The notes under the pieces are model-generated. The model was not told where the DNA came from. It did not search any database and worked only from the letters and a program-made list of their open reading frames with translations. A DNA stretch of 64,000 bases, taken from positions 72,912,001 through 72,976,000 of the forward strand of contig NC_043008.1 in NCBI RefSeq assembly GCF_006345805.1, in the 5' to 3' direction. This document shows positions 23,060 through 37,400 of this stretch, in pieces. Position 1 is the stretch's first letter. Every line of letters begins with the position of its first letter. Both the position numbers and the translations under genes were made by a program. Origin of the DNA: Octopus sinensis (taxonomy: Eukaryota).

Positions 23060-24810
23060 TTGAAGTATCTCAGGGTAAACAACAGTCTTTGTGTTATGTT
23101 TTGTCGATGTTGAATTAAATAAATTGTTGCTGCTTCCAACTCATGAGCAAGCAACATAAAATTGGCCATGGGAGAAGCATGTAGCAGAGAGATCGAGTGC
23201 AACTACCTTGAGAGAGTGACCCTGAGATTTGTAAATTGAAATACCAAAACTTAGTTTGACTGCAAACTGAAGTGTCTTAAATTCAAATGGAATATCTGTA
23301 GGTATGAGAGGAATTTTTGCAATAAGGACATTTTCTTCTTTGTGACTATATGTTATGATTGTTGCTTATATGGAAGTAACAATGAAGTGAGTTCAATTAC
23401 ACAGGTGAGATGGGTCAAGATTCCTAAGCAACATAATAGGAGCATCCAGCTTTAGTGTCAAGTTATGCAGTGGCATCCCAGTGGGTTTAAGTGTGTTCAG
23501 AATTCAACAGCCTGATTTTGATCGACTGTTATCAATTGATCATAAAGTCATTTCTAATGTATCTGTTAACTTTTGAAGAAATTCATGATTGAGTTTATCA
23601 ACCATTTCATTAGTTGGAGCGTGAATAGCTTTTTCACATAGCCAGTTTACATCAGTGTAATTGACAGATAAATTAGAAAATACTTTATCCATAAGATCCC
23701 TAAGAGAATGTATCATTTGACCGCAAGTAATTTCATGCAGCTGAATGTCAATATCCCATTACCAATCTTAAAAAGCTCATATAATCACCTTGTGAAAGTA
23801 CTCTGATACTGCTTGTAAGATGAAGTTTGTTCACATGTCTCTAAAGGTACGACTTTTTGAAGCATGCATTGGCCTCATCAGCTTTTGACCCTTTGAGGAT
23901 AACTAGCAATCTTGATGGAAATCTCCTGCAAGAACTATAACTCTCCCCATGAGTATGCTGGTGTTTTTTTATATCTTGGAGAGTACGAGCAAGTACCTCC
24001 GAAGCTCCATGATGTGACAGTGCACTCATCCCAAATAATGAAGCAAGTTTGTTGGAGAACTGCTGCCATTGCAGAATATTTGGAAATGTTGCACATTTTA
24101 GATTCTTTCATTGCAAAGTTTAGTGGGAGATTGAACTTGAAATGAACAGTTCTTCCCCCATCGTGGAGGGTAGCTGCAATACCAGGAGATGCAGCACTGG
24201 AAGAATGTTAAATTTTATTTCCTCACATTTAAGATTGCAGGCGAAAGTGACAAAAAGATCTGGTTTTTCATATGTCCCAACATCTGTCATAGCATCTTGT
24301 GCTTGTTTGTGCATATGGAGGACAACCTGTGAATGATCATGAGAAGATTATAAGATGTAACATGTTTTAAATATCACCATCTGTCCTCAGAGCATCTTGA
24401 AGATGGACATAATTTTTAGCCCGTAACTTTTTTCGATTGTTACAAATGAAGAGGAGATGCTGACTCTCAACTTTAGCATACATATCAACCAGTTATTGCT
24501 GAAATAGATGTGTAATTGATTTGATTGTTCTGGTCTTAACATCAGTTGGTAAGAATAGAAGTCATTTGATGACAACTCTTTGTATGTAATTGGCTCTCCT
24601 ATTGCAGTTTCAATCCATGGAATATTGAAATGATACCCATCTTGTGCATTCCACAAAATAAAAGTACACCGAAGAACGTGATAAGAGGGACAAGTCCTTG
24701 AAACACATTAAATTTGTTATCTCAAGCACGTACGAAAATATCAGGATTTTCATGGGGATCACCTACAATAAGGATGGCTACTTCATTAGATGTGAGCTCA
24801 TGAAAATGGT
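23060..24810 (-). mobile_element. Decayed, internally deleted Helitron Rep/PIF1-helicase
   Basis: Rep motifs EVAILIVGD, DGYHFNIP, DFYSYQLMLRP and AQDAMTDVGTYEKPDLFVTF. Helicase motifs CNISKYSAMAAVLQQ..IIWDE, PIMLLRNLDP, KSQG and CFSHGQFYVAC. Confidence 0.9.
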
Positions 24811-26282
24811 GTAAGATGTCATTTAGTATAGTTTACTATAGACATAATGAACATGGAAACACACACATACACTCATAGACACATACATATTCATACAATT
24901 GATAATATTGAAAATAGCAAAATGTACACATGCGAAGTGCAAGCAAAACAAAATGTAGTCAATATAGGTGCAAAACATACTTTCTGTAGTATAGTTATGC
25001 TATAAAAATTTTTTTAGAGAATCTTTCCAAAAGAAATATTCCAGTATCGGAAAGTCACCAATTTAGCAAAAATTATTATGCGTCACCAATGAAAGAGAGT
25101 ACAGAAACCTTTATTTGGAACATGTTCTAAATTTTATAAAATTCAGGATTGAATGTCATGATGGAGAAAGTCAAACTCCAAGAAAATTCAGAAGGCATAA
25201 TTCTTTATTTTTTTAAAGTAATTTATCATTTTACAATTTTTAAACAAATGCTGAACAAACTGTGCACAAAGAAATATGTTGCTATTGTGAATGTTAATTA
25301 ACTTAAAACATTTGCTGAAGGATGTATGTAGCAAAACATAAATTTATTTGACATCACTTACTATATATTTTAACTGTGTATGGTGATAGGCTGTAGAATA
25401 AATACTGACTAAAAAAGGTTGTGCAGTGTTGAATACTAACACTGATAAAGTAGCATAGCCCGAATAGGATAAAGACACTAGAACTGTTGAAAAAGCATTA
25501 TCTTCAAACTGGTTATAAAGACTGGAATAGCATTTCTGTAATTATATTGAAAGTGCCGCGAAGGCTTTCTATTTCGCCAAGTTTCTGAATTTGTTATAAT
25601 AATCAGAGTAAAATTTTTTTTCAGATATATTTGCGAGTGTTGTGAGTCCTGTCAAATCAGCCAAATCTTCAAGTTCATTATAAAAACTAGAATAATATTT
25701 CAGCACATAAGTAGTGATAATCATTAATGATGTTTAAAATGCAACTCTCCATTGTGAAAAGGAAAATCCAAACAGTGGTATTTCAAAATGAACGCTGTTG
25801 TTCATTCAACATCCAGGTTGCAACTAAACTAAACACTTTCAAAATCAGCATGTTTAACTGTTGGGTAGTATGGTCACATACATATACTAAGACAGAGACA
25901 CACTGACATACATTCATGCACCCCTCAATCTTATCACTGTCACTCTGTGTGTCTAGTTCTGTTTTTAGATGTATGTATGTATTTATGTATGTATGTATGT
26001 ATGTGTGTATGTATGTCAGTTGTCACAAAAATGTATGTATACTGACAGACACATGCACCATCACATACACCCATACACATACTTCTCAGTCATCAGCCTA
26101 ACATATGTAACGCACATGCAAACTCACACACACACACATACACTTACACACACATACATACTTATATAGAAAATGTGACCTCTGTGGTGTGATGGAGATG
26201 GTGGTAGTATAAGATGTCGTTTACGATAGTTGATGGATAGAAATTGAATTTTTGTAATGCAGTTATGTAAATGAAAAGTCCT

Positions 26283-26343
26283 ATGAATGGATTTGGTAGA
26301 CAAAAACTGAAAGAAGCCCATCGTATATATATGTGTGTGTGTA

Positions 26344-26380
<37 letters not shown>

Positions 26381-26562
26381 ACCAACATTGCTTGACAACC
26401 GATATTGGTGTATTTGCATCCTTGTAACTTAGCGGTTCGGCAAAAGAGACTTATGGAATAGGTACCAGGCTTACAAAAAATAAGTCCTGGGGTGGATTTG
26501 TTTGACTAAAGGTAGTGCTCCAGCATGGCTGCAGTCAAATGACTGAAACAAGTAAAAGAATA
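26283..26562 (+). mobile_element. 5'-truncated tRNA/CORE-type SINE
   Basis: Body, (TG)n and tail match the copy at 59996-60418. Confidence 0.85.
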
Positions 26563-27257
26563 TATATATATGTATGCATTCGTATATGTATGTGTATATA
26601 TGTATATAAATATGTATGTATGTATTAATATATGTATAAATACACATTTATCTTTTGTTTATCTAGTAGTCTGCCCTGCAACCATATGACCATTGCAACT
26701 CATGATCATCTAAGGGTACCAGAAGAGAACCAGGGGTTGAAATTATTGTAGTGTGGACTATCAAATAAACAAGTATGAAAATATAGTCATATCAATATCT
26801 ATAAATCTGAAATGCGAAAAGTTTGTTTGTTTGGTTTTGGAATGGGTTAAAGGTCACTAGATCCCGTCGGATTGACTCCAAAATTTACAGGGACATGTAA
26901 AATGAGATGAGGATGTGAGTGGGCTAGGTTAGAAATCCTATCTTAAAAGGTGTGGTTACTAGGGCAAAAAACGCATACTTTGACAAGTCTACTCTCATTC
27001 GCTTATCTGCCTGTCTTCCTCCATCTCTCTCTCTTTCCTCCCTTCCGTTCACTTTCTCTCTATAATATCGTTTGACAGCATCTACTATCTTTCCCCCGTC
27101 GCTTTCACCAGCGCTGTCACTATTTCTCCCACATCCCCCCTCTCTCTCTCTACGTCTGTCTGCATTCATAGAGAGAATTATCATCGCCACCACCACCACA
27201 CAATCATGAGAACAAATATTATGAATCAGATATTTATTGGGTTAATTTATATGTGTA

Positions 27258-27388
27258 TGTGTGTGTGTGTGTGTTCTATATATAAATATGTATATATGCA
27301 AAGTGTATATATCTGTATTTATATATATATATATACGTATATATATATATAATTTGTATACATTTGTATATATAATGCGTATATATGT

Positions 27389-27425
<37 letters not shown>

Positions 27426-27450
27426 CATATATATATATAATATATATATA

Positions 27451-27496
<46 letters not shown>

Positions 27497-27500
27497 ATCT
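27258..27500. repeat. (TG)n/(TA)n/(CA)n microsatellite
   Basis: Seen directly in the sequence. Confidence 0.95.
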
Positions 27501-28364
27501 GTGCATTATGTGGTCGGTTGAGCTGAAAATATGCACACCTATGTTAAAAGTGCTTGGTGAGTTTGCATGGTAACTATTTTTTTTCCTCAAATGAAAGGCG
27601 TGACCTCTAGGACAAAATTTCTCATCTTATAATATGTGGCCCAAGTATACCTGAATGAAATCGGGTTATATTAACCAAAACGTGAAAAGGGGTCTAAATG
27701 GGGCTGAAAGGGGATTAAGATTTACAGGAGCGGGTGTTTAGAAATTCTCTGTTACATCAAGCTAAAAAACTTGTGCCACCCTTTAAATCGTCAATGTGTT
27801 GCCGTCCATGATGAAGAAGTTTTGAATGCTTGCCATGGTGAATCTACTGTCGTGAGAAAGAATCACTTCAAAACTTGGTGTTTAGGAATTTTCTTTTACA
27901 TCAAGTTCAAAATTTTACGCCAGCCACTAAACTGCCACTACATTGCTGTCCGTCGTTAATAAATGCCAGCCATGGTGACTCTACTATTTTCAGATTCTAT
28001 CCCTTCAAACTTTGGTTTCCAATATTTTAAAATTTTTATTCAGCTCGCAAGTTCGTCTGGCCTTTTTAAATGTTAGTGTTTTGCTGTCTGCTTTGAAGCA
28101 GACCTTTCCGTTGTCACTGCCTGATATTTATGATTAATCTTTCAAAATATTTTCTTTCTCAACTTACTCAAGATCTTTTGTTGTTTATAAATGGGAGACA
28201 GATAGATAGAGAAAGATAGAGAGTAAGAGAAAGTGAAGGAGAGTCCGAGAGAAAGGAAGAGTAAGAGAGTGGGAAAGTGAGAGAGAAAGGAGAGAGAAAC
28301 AAAGAGGGAGAATGTGGTGATAAAAAACAGAATGGAAGCAACAGAAAGTAACAACCACACTCTT

Positions 28365-28397
28365 ACCCGCGCGTAGAGTGGGTCACCTTAAGCTAGT
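28365..28397 (+). mobile_element. Helitron-type 3' terminus (hairpin + CTAG|T); 5' end not resolved
   Basis: ACCCGCGCGTAGAGTGGGT is an imperfect GC hairpin, followed 9 nt later by CTAG and then T. Confidence 0.6.
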
Positions 28398-28967
28398 CAT
28401 TTTTATATTGAGTACTATATATAAAAGTAATCAACCTTGAATCAATGAGTTGTGGTGAAATAATAACAGACAGGCAATTATGTATACACACATTGATGTT
28501 CATCTACCAGATGAGAAGCATCTTTAAAGATGACTGATGACTTGTGTAGGTACTTTGCTTAAAGTCATGAAGAATTGCATACCACCAACCTTATACTCTC
28601 ATCATTAAATATCTTCAATCCAGTAGCAAAACTACATCAGCAAACTGGAGATGGAGAGAGATGCCTTAGATGACCAAGATATCTTACTCATAATTGTTCT
28701 CTGCACTTTGCAATACATTGCTGCAGCACCTCCCCCTTCATTGAACCATGAAGGATACTTCCACAGAGCTCACTAGACTCAATCTTCACATGCATAGATA
28801 GGTAAGCCCTAATATGCAAATTAACCCATAGGTAAAACTCTTACAGGTACTACTATTTCAAGTCAGAGTTGACCTGGGACCAAAGTGACTAAGAGATGGT
28901 TTCATGATCTTCAAAACCCTGGAACACTGAAACCAAGGCCTCACAACAAGATGCATTTTAAAGTCAT

Positions 28968-30608
28968 ACACACACACACACACACACGACAATTGCTTCG
29001 TTTTGATAGATGATAGCCATCTCATATTACAGTAGTAGTTCTCAACCAGGGTTCATATGAGGTTTAGTAATTAGAAATTATGTGCAATAAATCAGTTATA
29101 CTTCTACAATGCATAAAATATTCCAATTTTTCTTGTATACAGTCCCAAATATTTAATTATAAAAATAGGAATTTTTTAAACATCAATCGGCTAAGAGGGT
29201 CCACCCAAGTAAAAAAGGGGTCCATAGGCAAAAAATTGTCATGAGCCACTGGTTTATATCATACTGATATTCTCCATTGTGTCAATGTGGTCTCAGATGA
29301 CACTTAAGACCAGCAGCTGATCTACAAGGCTTCAAACATGTATCATCATTGTTTAACGTCCACCTTCCATGCTGGCAAGGATGGGACACAGATACAATTT
29401 CAAACTTCTACAGAGCTTGTATGGCTTACTTGTGGTATGAGTCATTTTATGCCATTTCATGAGCCTTTTCAAAGCAGAATTACTTGAACAGATATGTTTT
29501 TTCCCATATCTACGCAGGTGAAGTTACTATAAAAAGTAAGCAAACCATTGCTACTGCATCTTGGTTTTGTAAATTACAGTATGATACCATGGAACTCATA
29601 TAATCAGCTTTACACAGGCGATGTGTGTCACAAACACTGCCTTTCTAACTCATAATCTTATCTGGTGTATCCATGGTACCTCCCTTTCTCAAAGTATGTG
29701 TTAGCTTTGCATGCTGCTGTTTGACCAGCTCAAAGCTAACAATATCTTCTACACTCATACATATACAACAGATACACATGCACACACACACACACACACG
29801 ACAATTGCTTCGTTTTGATAGATGATAGCCATCTCATATTACAGTAGTAGTTCTCAACCAGGGTTCATATGAGGTTTAGTAATTAGAAATTATGTGCAAT
29901 AAATCAGTTATACTTCTACAATGCATAAAATATTCCAATTTTTCTTGTATACAGTCCCAAATATTTAATTATAAAAATAGGAATTTTTTAAACATCAATC
30001 GGCTAAGAGGGTCCACCCAAGTAAAAAAGGGGTCCATAGGCAAAAAATTGTCATGAGCCACTGGTTTATATCATACTGATATTCTCCATTGTGTCAATGT
30101 GGTCTCAGATGACACTTAAGACCAGCAGCTGATCTACAAGGCTTCAAACATGTATCATCATTGTTTAACGTCCACCTTCCATGCTGGCAAGGATGGGACA
30201 CAGATACAATTTCAAACTTCTACAGAGCTTGTATGGCTTACTTGTGGTATGAGTCATTTTATGCCATTTCATGAGCCTTTTCAAAGCAGAATTACTTGAA
30301 CAGATATGTTTTTTCCCATATCTACGCAGGTGAAGTTACTATAAAAAGTAAGCAAACCATTGCTACTGCATCTTGGTTTTGTAAATTACAGTATGATACC
30401 ATGGAACTCATATAATCAGCTTTACACAGGCGATGTGTGTCACAAACACTGCCTTTCTAACTCATAATCTTATCTGGTGTATCCATGGTACCTCCCTTTC
30501 TTAAAGTATGTGTTAGCTTTGCATGCTGCTGTTTGACCAGCTCAAAGCTAACAATATCTTCTACACTCATACATATACAACAGATACACATGCACACACA
30601 CACACACA
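28968..30608. repeat. Tandem duplication with an 812-bp period, bounded by (CA)n tracts
   Basis: GACAATTGCTTCG occurs at 28988 and 29800; CCATGGTACC at 29671 and 30483. The copies are almost identical. Confidence 0.95.
29030..29251. mobile_element. hAT-like MITE (second copy at 29842-30063 within the duplication)
   Basis: Degenerate TIRs CAGTAGTAGTTCTCAACC ... TCATGAGCCACTG. No clear TSD. Confidence 0.5.
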
Positions 30609-33600
30609 GAGTAATAGATATGAAGAAAATGAAAATGGCACAACAGTTCAATTTCATTGGTATGGTGCTAGCAAGTTTAAAATGATGGGAAACTTCTGAC
30701 AAATAGACTCTTTCCCACCACTGAATTACTGGATATGGATTAGGAAGAGCAGAAAAATTTCGAAATACAGTAAGTAAAAGGATTTTGAAGTGAAGGGGAC
30801 TTATACAGTCAATTAGATGGGAAAAATTTGATAAGTGAATTTCAGAAATAAAATTATTTAAACTAGTAAGATGGTTTTTGGGTTTGTTAATTTGGTTCTT
30901 TATAACAATGCTGCAAGCTAAAGTTGAGAGTAGGTTGTCTGCCTAATTGTCAGAATTTCGCTTCAGAAGAATTGTTGGGATTTTGACAATTATAAAACAT
31001 GAACTTAAAACTTCCAACACATGCCAATTCCCAATTGGAAGTCGACCAAAGTAGGAAATGTATTGAGTGAATTATAAATTTTGACAATAGTGAAAACTTG
31101 TTTGCTAACATAGTGAGAGAAGGAAAAAGGGTTGAAGTTGTTGTTGTTCAGTCTTGGAGAAGGAAAGCAATCGATGTGGAACAAAGCTAGATCAAGAACT
31201 TATCAAGTGGAAACCAGTTAATGAAGCAGTTTGTCATTAAAAGCAAAGGAAAGTTGATCTGAATGTTTTCCTGTAACATAGGTAACTAGAGCTTAGGTAG
31301 TTAGAGATGTTGCAACTCAATATAACTACTTCCTACATTTGTATTTAATACATTAATGCAACAATACATATATACATACATACAAATAATTGCAAATAGA
31401 AATGAGCATACATACATGTGCAATTATAGGTTTGTGGTTAAGAACTCTTCCCAACAACATGGCTTAAGGTTCAAGCTCAATGCACAGCACCTTGTGCAAA
31501 TGTTTTTTTTATAGCCCTGGGTAGATTTGTTTGAGAGAAACTAAAAGTATATCATACATAGGTACATATATATGCATTTGTGTATTTGTTTATATTAGTG
31601 CTTCTCTAAAATTTGCTTTTCTACAAGTGATGATATTACTGTCATTTCCTATGTCAACATATCCTCTGCTTTAGAATATGTGTTGAATAAGATATTCTTC
31701 ACATAAAAAAGAAATAAATGTTTATGATAGAAAGGATGTCTGCTTTAAAATTAAATCTCAATAATATAGGTCTAACCTTTTCTAGCATGGAAAAGCTGAT
31801 TTTATTACTGATGATTGAAGATGGAGAAAGAGACAGAAATATTTAGGAGTTTTTTTTTAGTAAGTTGATAAAATGCAAGAAATCTGGTCAAAAAAGTTGA
31901 TGGTTCACATCACATCCACACTATAATATTGTTTCCATAGCTATCCAATATTTTTTAGAACACTATCAATGATTACAGCTAATTGCTATGGCGTACTCTA
32001 TAATTAACAGTTAATTAACTGAGGTTAAGACCCTTGACACAGATATATTTCAGCCTACAGCAATACCACATTATCATTCACCCTCTGCCAACTACTAGCC
32101 TATTACTTTCACTTCCAGCATCTCATTACTGATGGAGATGGTTGTAAGCTGTTCCTAGGATCTTTCTCCATCTTCCTCCTTCTGTTGATATTCCATAGAG
32201 CCTGATTAAATGAACATTTGCTCTCCTACATTACACATTAAAAGTCTTTCAATCTTGAGATTTTCAGCAAACACAAGTTAGTTATCTTGAGTTTTACTGA
32301 ACATTGGCAAAGCCATCAACTCTGTCTAGTATGTGAAACTCATTGCCAAATTTCTCACCTATGTTTTAAGCCATACTTCCATTTCTTGTATAAAAATTTT
32401 CCATTTGGAATATTCTGTCACTATCTATTCTGACAGTGACAGAATTTTTCAACAGAGAACTTTCAATACAAGAAATCGAAGTAGGATTTCTCCTTGACCC
32501 ACATTTTATTAATTCTTGTATACTACAGGAAAATGATTCTTGTTTTTGTCTATTAATAATGTGCTTGCTGTTAGCTTTTACAAAATTCACTCCTGTGCAT
32601 GGTACCACCTTTCCCTCCTCAATCTGCTGCTCACAAGTATAATTTACCTTTAGCTTAAACATTTTACTTCCATGAAAAGGGAGCTGCCAGAAAATATTAT
32701 TTTAGTGTGTATCACCAAGCTGCCTTCATTACAGATAACAAGAATTCAGTCTCCTTAAACATTTCTAAAACCTTTAAAGCATCCATATGGAACCCCCCCC
32801 CCCCCCGAACAGATTTCACCTTGACTGTTACTGACCATAAAGTCCTTGTTTGCTGTAATTTATGCTTTCATCACCGCCCCGCCCCCCCCCCCACACACAC
32901 ACACTTCCTCTAACCCACCTCCTCTACTCCTCATCTGTTGCTTCAAATACCAAGTCTTATAATCCCACATCCTTCTACACACATCACAAACCCTGTGCTT
33001 CATGTTCTTCTTCAGGCAACAAAAGTGTTTCATCTGCCTTAGTGATTGACCCTCCACAAATCTTAACATCTACATATATATCTGTACCAATCTGTCTCTT
33101 TTAGAGAACTCTTGGCACTAGCACCTATCCTTGGAAAATATACACTGTAGGAGAGAAGCAAAAAGAATTTGTGGTATCAATGCTTTATTCAAGAGTATTA
33201 ATATATGGCTAATACTGACTTGTTTCAGGAATATAAAAAAACTTGTTTAAATATAGTGAAACTGTGTGTGGGTGGGGTACGTGTGTGTGCATGTATATGT
33301 GTGTACATAAAACCATGTCTTAATGGTCACACACATGAGTTGATAATGAGGTGGCCTGTAACCATCTGTAGGAGGAAAGTAATAAATATGTTTTATTTAA
33401 AATTTTCCAGTCATGTACTTTAACACTAAGCATTTTAACATTGTAACTGAAGTTAATAACATTGGCATATATAGTTATTTCCATTATTTGTTAATAAGCA
33501 TGTTGTGTATATCTTTACCTCTGTCTGTCCCTTTTATTTTATTCTGATATTCAGGTGTTAATATATTTCCAAGTTTAATGCACTATAGTCTAAATAGCTG

Positions 33601-34240
33601 CAGGAATTTCTACAATAGAAATATGAATAAATAACACATTTTTCAGTAGATTCACCACTTGTTAAGGTACAGTGCTATTTATCTCAATTTCCTTATTTTA
33701 TCAAATATTAGATATTACAAATTGTTATATATATTTTTTCTTTTTAGATTCTTTCTTGAGTTAATAGAAATAGTGTTATAGTTGTAATATTTCAGTAACA
33801 TCTTATAAAATTTTATTATCGCTATTGATTCTTTAAGAAAATACAGAGAAGTGAAACAGCTGAGGTGTCAGACAGGTATAAGAGATACATCTCATATCCT
33901 GTAATTGGCATTGCACTGTCTCTATGTCCAAAACACTCATACTGCTTCAGTTCACCAATGTACAGTACTGCAGGAGATGACATATCACTACAGCCAGTTT
34001 GTCATGCTCCTAACAAAAAATAGCATTCAACTTATTTGTATTTGTCAGACTGACAAGTACAACAATTCCCATTCTTGTCGACTATAATTAGAAAACATTT
34101 CATTAGCTTAAGGTAATGAGTTCAAGCCCACCACTGAGCTTGGGAAAAATCTGAAGCGAATCTGTGATAGCTCTCAGCTTTACAACTGTGGAGCACATTC
34201 ATCATTAGATAGAAGCCTTGCGTCTAATTAGTTTCACATA

Positions 34241-34447
34241 CGAAGGGGTGCTGATAAGATCGAGGCTTTAAGGGTATTGCAAAGGGCCTGGTTGAAGGCC
34301 AAACCTTTCAAGTTCTTTTACAGGGCTTAGAAAAACTGAAGGACTGCCACAGTAAATGTGGGAATCTGAGAGGAGAATATGTTGAATAAAATCATAATTA
34401 ACGGATCCTCTTTCACCCAAAGCCAGGACCTTTTCAGCACCTCCTCA
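34241..34447 (+). mobile_element. Mariner-derived MITE (207 bp)
   Basis: TIRs CGAAGGGGTGCTGATAAG / CTTTTCAGCACCTCCTCA with TA on both flanks. The interior reads GLEKLKDCHSKCGNLRGEYVE*, a mariner C-terminus. Confidence 0.82.
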
Positions 34448-37400
34448 TATCATGGTTGGTGTACCACAGGGTCACATTAATTAAACTCAATGTTTACAAG
34501 TATTCATTTCGAAAGTAACCATCTTAATTCAAGAGATTATTTACAAACAATGATCTCAATTAGTTGACAATCTTTTAACACTTTAATCATGGAAAAGAAT
34601 TTTCTTTTGACAAATTCATTATCTAGGTATTAATCACCTAGCAAATCTTTAAGATTATTTATTGCAATTTAGTACTGTAAAATAATACGAATGCTATGTG
34701 CTCTATAAGTCTGTTATGTTTTAAATGTCAGACATAAGTAAAATGTTTTTTGCTGGGTACCTAACAATATCAGTGCAATTTTTAAGCTGTATCCCTGTAG
34801 AGAAACCCTCTACATACACTGCCTGCTTTGCACCCAACCCTATACTACATGCACTAGGAATAAGTCCTTCAAAACTACCCCTTTCAACATCACCAGCACC
34901 AGGCAGTCACATCAAACCAATACAGCCACTGATGCTGGCTACATTCTTTCTATTATGCTTCATCGATGCATACTAGAGTTATCGCTATTCTTACTGAACT
35001 CATTAATCTCTGTCTCTGTCTCATCTCTCTGTGTCTCTCTCTATCTTTCTCGCCCCCACCCTCTCTCTCTCTCTCTCTGTATAGATCTTTCCTTATTTCT
35101 AGAAGCATGCTACAGTGTGGACAATCTTTATACCCAACTTAATGTGAATGTCTTGTCAGAACACCAAGTACTATGCTATTAGCCTTCAGAGGACCTGTCA
35201 TATAGGTGCTAGGTGCATAAAAGCACATGTAGAATGTAGCAGTCGAGAATCACCTGTTATGGGCTTTGGAACTCTCATATATGATCTCAGTCTACTGGAC
35301 ATCATCAGTGGGAGGCATCTGGTCACAGCATGCCAGGAAAATCTTGCTGCGACAATATATAGAATATCAGCATCAATTTGGACACTGATGTCACAAATAG
35401 CTTGGACAGAAGTAATGTTAGTAAGAAAAGGCAATTTTGATATCCAACTTAACATGGATGACTTGTTAAAACACCAAATACTATGTTATTAGCCATGAGA
35501 GAACCTCTCATACAGGTGCTTGCTACTTAAAAGCTCACACATAGATTGTAGCAGATGAGGATCATCTGCTGTAGATGCAGGAAATTCCTCATTACTCATT
35601 ACACACACAGTATTTGGTTTTCTAACAAGACATCCATGTTAAGTTTGCCTTTTGGTGCTAAAACTGTTTCTGTCATTAATAATTAATGCTACAGTGTATT
35701 CCATTCCCAAAAATGGGCACTGCCTTTGACCCTCCCAATAACCATCCTATTACACTTAATAGCAACATCTCAAAGATGCCCATGACATCTATTAACAATA
35801 AACTGCAATCCCATAAACATTTCTCTCAGCAATGATCAGTATTACAGCTTTCATGAATTGAGACTTATAAAAAAAATCTACTATCCTATGTCACCAATGA
35901 GTTCTCAGCATTGAAAAATTTGGCTAAGAAGTGTTCTTGCTCTTAGCCTCAGTTAAGACATGTCTGTTAGTTGAGCTACCAATACTAACAGGTAAGATAC
36001 AGTTTTACAAGTTCCTTGTGTGTGGTAGTAGGGATAGCATAACTAATAGGTTGTGTCTTCACTGTTAGTAGTGATTTCTTACGGATTGACGTTAAGTAGG
36101 TGAAAGATTGGTAAGAGAAAACTGTTGATTATAGCTTCATGCTCATCTTTAAGATATTGGAAGTGAGTATGGTAATAGAGTACTTGACATGGGACTGATC
36201 TTTTAGGGAATACAACATACAGCAGTTAAGATATATCTTTGCATGAGGAGAGAGAGTGAGAGAGAGAGAGAGTAAAGCATTTGTTGAGGGTAGGAGCCAG
36301 TTTTAGTTCTAGGTGCAGTGTTTGTGAATATGGGAACGAATAGTGTCAGGACCAATGACTTTGTTGGTTTGAAATAACTGCATTTTCTTTGGCTCTTAGC
36401 ATGCATATATGTGCACAATGGGGAGCCAAGTGGCATTGAAGGGTTAGTTTTGGGAGTGGATTTCTGTCAAGTATTCAATGTGGAGTTGAAGTTTAGTACA
36501 ATGCAGGCAACACATAAATCATAATTGGTTAAGAAATTAACATGAGTTATGGAAATGTTATTTCAACTTCTTTTTATTAAATCTTAACTTGAATTCGCAA
36601 ACCTTAATAGTTACAAAGATTTTTAAACATGTTCTATGACATTACATGCTAAGGTATGAAATATGTCTGTACAGATATTGTTTTCTAATCCAGATTTTGT
36701 CGAATTATATGTCAAAAATACAAAATATTGATATAGTTAAGGTTTCATAATCCATACATCTTTATATTTGAAATGAAGTCATCAATGACAGCAAGATGAA
36801 CACTAGTAACTGATATATTCCAACCACCTCATTAAGCTGATAGAATCATCAAGAAAAGATACTGCATAATCTTACTGAAAACAGATATATTGATCATTTT
36901 TATTCAATACATTGATATTTGGAGAATGTATTAACAAAGTCCCCAACTTGAGTGTGTAGATTATAGCAACCTTCCTGTTTCCAATATAGGCAGGAAGAAA
37001 GTTAATAATGAAGAGGAAACAATGAACATTATTGATGGAAATTCTTCACAACGAAGAGTTGAATAAATTTCATGATTAGCATCGTTATTGTAATGAATGT
37101 TTTTCCATGCTGGTAGGAATCAGATGGGTTTTCTGTAAAGGATGTTGCAAGTCATTTCAATCCTATTGTAATATCGCTAGGGCCTGGCTTCTGAGATCTG
37201 AACTCTGTTCTTTGTGCACTTTTTTGTTCTATAACAAATTGCTGATAGTATAGGTGTATCACTAGTAATATATATATGTACCACTATGATATATTATAAA
37301 CAGGTACATTCAAGAGAACCACTAGTTGCATATCTACCTTCAACTGTGTTATATCACAAATAGATTATTACAGTCACAGTTACATATACACTTGTGGTAT

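Noticed and set aside
11789-24810. TE cluster as a uni-strand piRNA cluster
   Set aside because: The elements lie in mixed orientations with no strand bias, and there are no small-RNA data.
26856-26880. Minus-strand ATCCGACGGGATCTAGT as a Helitron 3' end
   Set aside because: The hairpin is only 4 bp and directly abuts CTAG; too weak to call.
32366-32662. 98-aa minus-strand ORF and other unique-sequence ORFs or splice-like segments (8455-8682, 8913-8992, 43400-43500, 54620-54730, 55410-55780, 58115-58240, 58640-58740)
   Set aside because: No recognisable domain and no consistent strand or phase chain of exons. I cannot support a gene model without transcript data.
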